Shown here in pieces: positions 29,135 to 37,422 of a stretch of 39,374 nucleotides of DNA. The number at the start of each line of letters is the position of its first letter. The first letter of the stretch is position 1. Origin of the DNA: Prolixibacteraceae bacterium. Lineage in GTDB: Bacteria > Bacteroidota > Bacteroidia > Bacteroidales > Prolixibacteraceae. A program made the translations under genes and the position numbers. The stretch covers positions 1 to 39,374 of the forward strand of contig JAQIDF010000218.1 of NCBI GenBank assembly GCA_027858145.1, written 5' to 3'. A model generated the notes under the pieces. That model searched no databases. It was given only the letters and a program-made list of their open reading frames with translations, and had not been told where the DNA came from.

Positions 29135-29863
29135 CCGCTCTTATATTATTTACTTATAAAATTTAATCCAAAAAAATTCCGTAATATCTCATGTGTACAA
29201 AAGGGACATCTCCTCTTCTTTCCGTAATTTTTCCTTGAGCAAATAACACTCAACCAACATTTTAGTATTATTTAATGGTATCACAACAGCCATTTTCTTG
29301 TATAAAACTGGGATTTGAGTTCTGGGATAAAAAAGTTCTGACTTTTCAAGATGTACTTGCTTGTCGGAGCGGAAGTCGATCACTCAAACAAATCTGATAT
29401 TCTAGCTTTTCTGGACAATGTTCAATCGTTACGATGAAGGTCATCGGCACCAACATAGCCGAAGGTTATGACAAGGAACACCTAATACTTTATAATGTCG
29501 AGAACAAGTTCTTTCTTTGAATCCTCTCAAAAATAATGGTATTTAGAAATTTGAAAATACAACTAAATTCATAAGAAATAGAAGAAAGAATCAAGAACGA
29601 GGAGGACATTTCAAAAATAGATAGTGCCATAAAGATGTTAAGAAAAGTAATATCCTCGAGCTTTATGGTCGATTAAGTATTGATGAACAGAAACTACATG
29701 AGAAATTTTTCAGGGTAAAATGGTTTATCAGATGATAAGCTATATCCTTAGGAATGACTCTATCCCATTGAATAAAGTCTCATAACGAAAATGGAAAACA
29801 TAAAATATAGATTTAAAATATCACAAACAAGTTCCAAGTATTGCATATCGTCACACTTAGAAA

Positions 29864-32800
29864 TTAAATGGATATGCGAAACTTCTGTTTATTGTTATTA
29901 TATGAAGATGGAAGTTCGCCGTACATTTCTTTAAAATACTTTGCAAACTGCTTAGGCGAAAGCCCTACTTTATCTGCTATTTCCGATATGTTTAGTTGAC
30001 TCTTTTCAATAAATTGTCGTCCTCTCTTTATTCGTAAAGTTCTGATAAATTCAATAGGGGTTCTACCTGTTATTGCAATGAGTTTTTTGTAAAAGTGTCC
30101 ACGACTCATACCTAATGCAGTACTAATTTTCTCTACAGAGTAATCGGGGTCGCTCATATTCTCTTCTACCAATGCAATAGCTTTACTAATTAGTTGCTCG
30201 TCAAGCGAACTAATGGTTATTTCACTTGGTTCAATTTCGGCTACCTTAAATTTTTTGTGGCTATTCTTTCCCCATTCAATTATTTTATTTATCCTTAGTA
30301 ACAAAATATCCAGGTTAAATGGTTTGGTAATATAATCATCAGCACCTTCTTGCAATCCTTTTAGTATGTGTTCGTTGCCTGTACGAGCTGTCAGCAATAT
30401 CACAGGAATATGCGAAAACCGTATATCTTGTTTGATGCGATTGCATAGTTCAAGTCCGTCCATTACAGGCATCATTATGTCGCTGATTACCATTTGTACA
30501 GATTGTTTGGCCATAATGTTTAGCGCGTTCTGTCCGTGAGGTGCGGCTATTACCGGATAGTGTTCTTTAAGGAAGTTTATGATGAATTGCCTGAAATCAT
30601 CATTGTCCTCTACCACAAGAATTGGCAATTCGGCATCGATTTCTTCCATTGTTTGTTCGTCGATTTGTACTTCTTCTGGTTCAAGCTTCTGAAGTGTTGT
30701 TGAAATGGGTAATGTAACGATAAATACACTGCCCTGATGGATGTTGTCCTTCACTTCAACCTTTCCGCCGTGCAATAGCACGTACTCCTGTACTATGTGT
30801 AGACCAATACCATTTCCGATATAGACAGAATCGTGGTCCTCTTGATTAAAACGTTCAAATATTTTTGTTTTGTTTTTGTCAAGGATACCAATACCCGTAT
30901 CAGCAACCTGTATTCTTGCAAGCTCACCTTCTGCACCTAAAACGCGGCCAACCGTTACCACAACACGTCCGTTTTCAATATTGTATTTGAAAGCATTAGA
31001 TAATAGATTCATCACAATACGTTGAATTTTGTTTCTATCAAAGTCCATTTGGATTGAGCTTGACTTCAGAATCACTTCAAGGCGAATTCCCTTTTTATTG
31101 GAATGATAATCAAAGGTATTGCATACTTCTTTTACAAAAACGGGCAGGTCGCCGTGTGACAGGTTCGGTACATTGTCTCCGTTGTCCAATTTCCTCAAAT
31201 CGAGCAATTGGTTCACTTCATCTACCATAAATACCGCATTTCGATGGATTCGTTCAAGATCTTCTTTTATGCTTTTATCAGGAATCCCTACTTCTAAAAT
31301 TTTCTCGAGCGGTGTGATAATAAGTGAGAGCGGCGTTCGCAAATCGTGACTTATATTGGTGAAAAAGCGCATTTTCTCTTCGTTGATTTCTTGTTGCTTG
31401 GCAACGTTCAGTTCTAATTTTTGCATTTGCATTTTCAATTTGATCTTCTTTTGGGTCCGAATAATTAAAACTGCATTGCTTATGAAAAAGACCAACAGAT
31501 AAAGAATGTACGCACGGGTAGACTTCCAAAATGGTGGATTCACACGAATAATTAAGTTAGAAGGTTCATTGATCCAATTTCCTCCATTATTGCTTGCTTT
31601 TACTTGAAGGTTATAGACACCAGCTGGAAGTTTGTTAAAGTAGATTGTATTTCCTGCCAGCTTTATCCAATTAGCATCGTCCGAAAGTCGGTAAGCGAAT
31701 TTGGTTTTGTGTGGGGACTCATAATTCATGGATGAAACATCAATTGAAAAGTTGTTGTCTGAATAATCCAGTGTTATCTCTCTTGCCAATTGTATGTTTT
31801 TGGGTAAAATAATACGATTGTTTCCAATGGCTTCTCCCACTTCAATCTGATTGTTACTAATTTTCAATGCTGTGAATATCACTTTTGAGTTAGATTGCTT
31901 GTATTGAATAGGTGTAGGAGCGGTTTTAATGTATCCTCCCATTCCTCCCATGAGAATTTCTCCTTTTCGGTTGCAAAAAATTGAATGAAGGTTGAATGCA
32001 ATATTGCCAATCCCATCTTGGTCAAAATAGCGATAGTATCTAAATATTGGAGCTCTTGCAGGGTCGTTCACCACTACAATGTTTGTGATGCCAAAGTTCG
32101 TTGTAATCCAGATGTTATTGTTTTGATCTTCGGCAATTCCCCTGATATAATTATGTGAAATGCCATTCTCAGTTGTGAGATGAAAGATTGAATCTAGTAC
32201 AGAGTCGAAAACATGTAGCCCGCGCTGTTCCCCAATCCATAGACGGTTACGACTGTCGCGATAAATACAATTGATTAATTTATTGGGGAATTGTTGCGTT
32301 CCTTTGTTGTTGCTTTTTAATACAGACAACATTAGCGTTTGCGTATTCATTACGCACAAGCCTGAACTTGTAGCGATGTATAGAGATTGGTCGAAATTGC
32401 AATGAAGATCTGTAATGCTGTTGGTAGGGAGCGCCGTATTGTCTATGTTATAATGTTCGATATTGCCATTTGTGTCATAACAAAACAATCCTTTATCAAT
32501 GGTACCCAGCCAGATGTTACCTGCGGCATCCTCTTCAATACTTCGAATATCTTTGAGTAGACCTGCTATTTGTTGGTTTTCAATGTTTAGGTTGACGAAG
32601 TTGTTTTTGTCATGATAAAATGCGCCACCTCCATAGGTACCAAACCAAATTCTGTTTTTTGAATCAAGGAAGGTGCAGATTATCAGATCTGAAGGGATGT
32701 CCCGATTCTTTGCACTATAACGAATGCTTTTTTTTGTGGATTTATCTACACATACGAGACCTTCTCCATCTGATCCCAGCCACAAATTGCCTATTTTATC

Positions 32801-33847
32801 TTCGATTATGCAGCTAACATCATTTAAGTCTGCTAGCTTGTCTCTTTCAAACAAGATATTGTTAAGGCTTGTATAGGCAATACCTCGCTTGCTGGTTCCT
32901 ACCCAAACAATATCCTGTTTATCCTTATAAAAACAATTAATGTGATTGGTCGACAATGAAAAAGGATTGTCTTTCTTGTATGTCAGGTTCGTAAAACTAT
33001 CGGTTTTGGTATGATAAATGGAGACCCCCGCCTCCACTGTGCCAATCCATATGTCACCATTCCCAACGTCTATAATCGAAGTGATAAAATCGCAAATGTG
33101 TTTGGTTTTATCTGTCAATATTTTCCATGTCTTTGTTTGAGGGTTGTACCTGCGTAGTATATTGTCAGGCGAATAGGCCGTATAAAACCAAATATTATAA
33201 GAGTCATCTATATAAATTTTATGATGAAAAGAGGACGACAATTCGATAGTCAATTCCTTATTTATACTGTTGGTGCTGAAATTTACTTTCCCCAGCAAAC
33301 CGCTATCGAATAAGATGAATGCATTGCCATCTCTGCATTCCATCCATTTTATATGTTCGTTCTTTGGAAGTGGAAAAATGCTTTTTTGTTTCGATTTATA
33401 GTTGTAGTAGAATAAAGTTGAGTCAATTACACACCATAAATTGCGGTTGTGGTCAACAAATAACTGTTCAACGTCGCCTGCTACATTGAGCCAATTAAGT
33501 TTTGATTTTATGTTATTATCTAATATATCTTTATCTCTGTTGTAGAGAAGAATCTTATCTGTTGCATGTATCCAAATGTTCCCTTCCGCATCTTCGTTAA
33601 TGTGGTTTATTTTATTGTTGTAGGTTCCGATCGGAACAGTAAAATAATGTTTATAATTAAAGCCGTCGTAGCGACTTAGTCCGTTATCTGTTGCAAACCA
33701 CATGAAGCCGTAGCTATCTCGACATATACTGTTTACGGTATTGTCTGTTAACCCTGTTTTCACATCTAGCCACCTGAAATCATAACCATCCATTGGAAAA
33801 GCATTAAAGACCTTCAGAAGCAAGCATAGAAGAATGAATTTTTTCAT
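29864..33847 (-). CDS. hybrid two-component system (HTCS) sensor kinase/response regulator, AraC output
   Basis: Propeller repeats, Y_Y_Y (LPAGVYNLQVKA), PPFW plus TM, SHDLRTPL, NLLSNAFKY, DTGIG, GNGIGL, receiver VEDN...SDIMMP...KPF, C-terminal AraC HTH. Confidence 0.96.
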   Translation of the reverse strand: MKKFILLCLLLKVFNAFPMDGYDFRWLDVKTGLTDNTVNSICRDSYGFMWFATDNGLSRYDGFNYKHYFTVPIGTYNNKINHINEDAEGNIWIHATDKILLYNRDKDILDNNIKSKLNWLNVAGDVEQLFVDHNRNLWCVIDSTLFYYNYKSKQKSIFPLPKNEHIKWMECRDGNAFILFDSGLLGKVNFSTNSINKELTIELSSSFHHKIYIDDSYNIWFYTAYSPDNILRRYNPQTKTWKILTDKTKHICDFITSIIDVGNGDIWIGTVEAGVSIYHTKTDSFTNLTYKKDNPFSLSTNHINCFYKDKQDIVWVGTSKRGIAYTSLNNILFERDKLADLNDVSCIIEDKIGNLWLGSDGEGLVCVDKSTKKSIRYSAKNRDIPSDLIICTFLDSKNRIWFGTYGGGAFYHDKNNFVNLNIENQQIAGLLKDIRSIEEDAAGNIWLGTIDKGLFCYDTNGNIEHYNIDNTALPTNSITDLHCNFDQSLYIATSSGLCVMNTQTLMLSVLKSNNKGTQQFPNKLINCIYRDSRNRLWIGEQRGLHVFDSVLDSIFHLTTENGISHNYIRGIAEDQNNNIWITTNFGITNIVVVNDPARAPIFRYYRYFDQDGIGNIAFNLHSIFCNRKGEILMGGMGGYIKTAPTPIQYKQSNSKVIFTALKISNNQIEVGEAIGNNRIILPKNIQLAREITLDYSDNNFSIDVSSMNYESPHKTKFAYRLSDDANWIKLAGNTIYFNKLPAGVYNLQVKASNNGGNWINEPSNLIIRVNPPFWKSTRAYILYLLVFFISNAVLIIRTQKKIKLKMQMQKLELNVAKQQEINEEKMRFFTNISHDLRTPLSLIITPLEKILEVGIPDKSIKEDLERIHRNAVFMVDEVNQLLDLRKLDNGDNVPNLSHGDLPVFVKEVCNTFDYHSNKKGIRLEVILKSSSIQMDFDRNKIQRIVMNLLSNAFKYNIENGRVVVTVGRVLGAEGELARIQVADTGIGILDKNKTKIFERFNQEDHDSVYIGNGIGLHIVQEYVLLHGGKVEVKDNIHQGSVFIVTLPISTTLQKLEPEEVQIDEQTMEEIDAELPILVVEDNDDFRQFIINFLKEHYPVIAAPHGQNALNIMAKQSVQMVISDIMMPVMDGLELCNRIKQDIRFSHIPVILLTARTGNEHILKGLQEGADDYITKPFNLDILLLRINKIIEWGKNSHKKFKVAEIEPSEITISSLDEQLISKAIALVEENMSDPDYSVEKISTALGMSRGHFYKKLIAITGRTPIEFIRTLRIKRGRQFIEKSQLNISEIADKVGLSPKQFAKYFKEMYGELPSSYNNNKQKFRISI

Positions 33848-33904
33848 CTTTTAAAAAATCAAAATTTGGGATTATAAAATTATAAATAATTTTAGTTCTA
33901 TTAT

Positions 33905-33945
33905 TTGAAAACATGATTTTCAATATCCGAAATGTATTTAAATAC
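33905..33945. promoter_or_regulatory. two palindromes in the divergent promoter region between the HTCS and GH26-GH2
   Basis: ttgaaaa-catga-ttttcaa (33905-33923) and gtatttaaatac (33934-33945). A -7-like TATTTTAG lies at 34010-34017. Confidence 0.35.
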
Positions 33946-34059
33946 TGCCTCATTAGTATTGTTGGCTATAAATGATACTGATGTTAATTTCTCCTTAAAA
34001 AAAATGTGCTATTTTAGAATCGGAACAAGTATTCTTAAACAGTTTAATTTAGAAGATTT

Positions 34060-37000
34060 ATGGGTAGAAGACTTTTAGTGGCAGCAACACTTTTGCTAAT
34101 GTTTATTTTTCAAGGGTTGGCACAAGCACCCAAAACGAACACAGTTGGCAGGGGTCAGCATGAATTATCGAATCCAAATGCAAGCAAGGAGGCACGTGAA
34201 CTATATAGCCGGCTATTACAATATCAGGTAGAAAATAAAATATTATCCGGGCAAATGTGGGCGCCTTGGGGTATTGACGAGATCGAATATATTTATGAAG
34301 TAACCGGCAAGTATCCTGCCGTAAGAGGACATGACTTGATTCATGAATCGAGTAACGCACGTGAAATAGAATTGTTAATCGATTGGTATCGCATGGGTGG
34401 AATACCAACATTGATGTGGCATTGGGGGGCTCCCTCGTTGGGTGAAGGCTACGAGCAAAGCAAAATGACAATCGATATATCGAAATGCTTTATTGAAGGT
34501 ACCCCCGAACATAAAGCCATGTGGGACGACTTGAAGCGTGTTGCCGACTGGTTGACTGTTCTAAGAGATGCCAATGTGCCGGTGTTGTGGAGGCCAATGC
34601 ACGAATTCGATGGAAAATGGTTCTGGTACGGAAAAGGTGGTGGTAAGCAGTTTGTTCAACTGTGGGAAACCATGTACAATTATTTTACAAAAGACCGAGA
34701 ACTCGACAATCTTATTTGGGTGCTTTGCCACAGTGGGGAAGTAGATGCTACATATATCCCGGACGAAAAATATTTTGACATTGCGGGGCCGGATACCTAT
34801 TCAAAAGATTCACAAGAGCCGTTGTATGAAACTATAGCTGACATGTATGGAAAAAACAGTCTTATTCCATTGCATGAGTGTGGCACAATCCCTGACCCTG
34901 ATACCTGTTTGGAGAACAACACGATGTGGTCGTGGTGGATGCTGTGGCATACCATGCATTTAACCAGACTTGATAAAGACGAGTTGCGCCGAATATACCA
35001 CCATCCGTCCGTAATTACTCTTGAAGAGCTAAAAGAGGATGCCCGTGAACGAATTTTGTTGGATGAAAACTGGCAGTTTGCATTCGGGAACGCTTCATAT
35101 CCGGTTAAGGACTTTGGTGCGGGCACCGAATATTTCAATTATTTTGCAAAAGCAAACTCCATTCACAATACCGGCCCGTATTCTTCGAAATTCGATGCAT
35201 CGAACTGGAAGCATCTAAACTTACCACACGATTGGGTTGTCGATTTGCCCTATTCGCCAACCGCAAGCCATAGCCATGGATATAAAACGGTTGGCTACAA
35301 ATACCCCGAAACAAGTGTGGGGTGGTATCGCAAATCATTTAAAATTGGAAAAGAAGACTTAGGCAAACACATTACGCTTCAATTCGATGGGATTTTCCGT
35401 GATGCTACAATTTGGGTCAATGGTTTTTACGTGGGCAACGAGCCCAGTGGCTATGCCGTGCAGGTGTATGACATTACCGATTACCTGAATTATGGAAGCG
35501 AAAACCTGATTGCCGTACGTGTGGATGCAACCTTTGAAGAAGGCTGGTTTTATGAAGGAGCAGGTATTTACCGGCATGTATGGCTGCAAAAAACGTCACC
35601 AATACACGTGGCATCTTTTGGAACCTTCGTTTATAGTGAACTTCAAGCTCCGTTTACTCAAGCCATGTTGAAAATAGAAACCACTATTCAAAATTCAGGG
35701 CTGTTAGCAAGCGACTACCAAATTATTCAGCGTTTGAACGATGCTGACGGAAACGAAGTTGCTAAGGACGAAACAGATGGGAGAAAACTTCTTCCCAAAG
35801 AAAAAAACACAACTGTGCAGCAGATAACTGTTCAAAATCCGCACTTGTGGAATTTGGATGATCCCTATTTGTACACGGTTGTAACAGAGATATATCAACA
35901 GGGGAAACTGGTTGATTCGTATTCAACAAAAACCGGAATCAGGCATATTCGTTTCGATGCCAATGAAGGATTCTTCCTTAATGGGAAGAATATCAAACTA
36001 AAGGGGGTCAATTTGCACCAAGATCATGCTGGAGTTGGCAGTGCTATTCCTGATGCATTGCAAGAGTATCGTATCAAGCAACTTAAAAGTTTTGGTTGCA
36101 ACGCCTATCGAGCATCTCATAACCCCATGACCCCGGAAATGTTGGATGTTTGTGATCGCGAAGGAATACTTGTGATTTCCGAAAATCGATTGATGGGAAT
36201 CAATCAGGAACATTTGGATCTGCTTGAACGAATGATTCAACGCGATCGCAATCACCCAAGTGTCATTCTTTGGAGCATCGGTAACGAAGAGTGGGGTATC
36301 GAGGGCAATGAATTGGGGATTCGTATCGCGGCAACCATGCGAGAATATGCTCACCGTATTGACCCAACCCGCATGGTTACTGCCGGCATCAGTGGTGGCA
36401 ATCAATTACTGAAATCCTTGGATGTGGTAGGTTACAACTACATAAAACAAAACCCAGTAGAAAAGTACCATGCAGAAAATCCTGAATGGAAGGCATTGGG
36501 AAGTGAAGAAACTACCGGTTCAGGTACTCGTGGTGTTTATTTTGATGATAAAGAGAATGGACGCATGCAGTCAATAAATCGTAGCGGGGTTCGAGGTATT
36601 GTCAATGTCATTGAACGGGGATGGAAATTTTACGATGAGCGGCCCTATTTGGGAGGATTATTTTACTGGACCGGTTTTGATTACCGGGGCGAGCCAAATC
36701 CACTTAGCTTTCCGGCTACTGGTTCTCAGTTTGGGATTTTGGATTATTGCGGTTTTGAAAAAGACGAAGCTTATTATTTGAAATCGTGGTGGACAGATAA
36801 GCCCGTACTTCACATACTTCCGCATTGGAATTTAAAGGGGCATGAAGGCGATAGCATTGATGTTTGGGCTTATAGCAACTGTGATGAAGTGGAACTGACT
36901 GTAAATGGCAAGAATCTGGGTCGGAAAAAGATGGAGAAGAACGGTCACCTGTCATGGAAAACCATCTATCAGCCCGGGATTGTGAAGGCAGTTGGTTACA

Positions 37001-37404
37001 AAAACGGGGAACGTATTCTGACCCAAACCATATCTACAACCGATTCACCTTCAGAAATAGTTCTGAGTGCCCACAAAACCGAACTGAAAGCCGATCAACA
37101 AGATGTGGCAGTGGTCAAAGTGGAATTAAAAGATAAGAAAGGCCGCTTTGTCCCCGATGCGTGTGTGCCACTAACGTTCGAATTGGTGGGTGAAGCACGT
37201 ATTCTGGGCGTGGGCAATGGAGACCCTGCTTTTAAGGATGAAGAACGTCCAACGAATTCTGACGAACGCACATTCCATGTTAAAACATTTAATGGTTTGG
37301 CGCAAATACTAATACAGTCAAAAACACAACCGGGTGCTGTGCAATTGAAGGTAAAAGGAGAAAACCTTCCGGAGTCCGTTCTTGAATTGCATGTTAATCA
37401 ATAA
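34060..37404 (+). CDS. bimodular GH26 (beta-mannanase-like) - GH2 (beta-galactosidase-like) fusion, secreted
   Basis: GH26: ILSGQ, TGKYPA, MWHW, VPVLWRPMHEFDGKWFWYG (acid/base), NLIWV, DIAGPDTY, LHECG (nucleophile), VITLEEL. GH2 from ~35045: LPHDW, GWYRK, EGWFYEGAGIYRH, YRASHNP, RDRNHPSVILWSIGNE, GSEE, YWTGFDYRGE. Confidence 0.92.
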   Translation: MGRRLLVAATLLLMFIFQGLAQAPKTNTVGRGQHELSNPNASKEARELYSRLLQYQVENKILSGQMWAPWGIDEIEYIYEVTGKYPAVRGHDLIHESSNAREIELLIDWYRMGGIPTLMWHWGAPSLGEGYEQSKMTIDISKCFIEGTPEHKAMWDDLKRVADWLTVLRDANVPVLWRPMHEFDGKWFWYGKGGGKQFVQLWETMYNYFTKDRELDNLIWVLCHSGEVDATYIPDEKYFDIAGPDTYSKDSQEPLYETIADMYGKNSLIPLHECGTIPDPDTCLENNTMWSWWMLWHTMHLTRLDKDELRRIYHHPSVITLEELKEDARERILLDENWQFAFGNASYPVKDFGAGTEYFNYFAKANSIHNTGPYSSKFDASNWKHLNLPHDWVVDLPYSPTASHSHGYKTVGYKYPETSVGWYRKSFKIGKEDLGKHITLQFDGIFRDATIWVNGFYVGNEPSGYAVQVYDITDYLNYGSENLIAVRVDATFEEGWFYEGAGIYRHVWLQKTSPIHVASFGTFVYSELQAPFTQAMLKIETTIQNSGLLASDYQIIQRLNDADGNEVAKDETDGRKLLPKEKNTTVQQITVQNPHLWNLDDPYLYTVVTEIYQQGKLVDSYSTKTGIRHIRFDANEGFFLNGKNIKLKGVNLHQDHAGVGSAIPDALQEYRIKQLKSFGCNAYRASHNPMTPEMLDVCDREGILVISENRLMGINQEHLDLLERMIQRDRNHPSVILWSIGNEEWGIEGNELGIRIAATMREYAHRIDPTRMVTAGISGGNQLLKSLDVVGYNYIKQNPVEKYHAENPEWKALGSEETTGSGTRGVYFDDKENGRMQSINRSGVRGIVNVIERGWKFYDERPYLGGLFYWTGFDYRGEPNPLSFPATGSQFGILDYCGFEKDEAYYLKSWWTDKPVLHILPHWNLKGHEGDSIDVWAYSNCDEVELTVNGKNLGRKKMEKNGHLSWKTIYQPGIVKAVGYKNGERILTQTISTTDSPSEIVLSAHKTELKADQQDVAVVKVELKDKKGRFVPDACVPLTFELVGEARILGVGNGDPAFKDEERPTNSDERTFHVKTFNGLAQILIQSKTQPGAVQLKVKGENLPESVLELHVNQ

Positions 37405-37422
37405 CTTTTAAAATAATATTCG

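Noticed and set aside
29189-29383. 64-aa minus-strand ORF as a real gene or transposase fragment
   Set aside because: No motif or terminal repeat I could recognise; kept only as part of the unexplained-debris finding.
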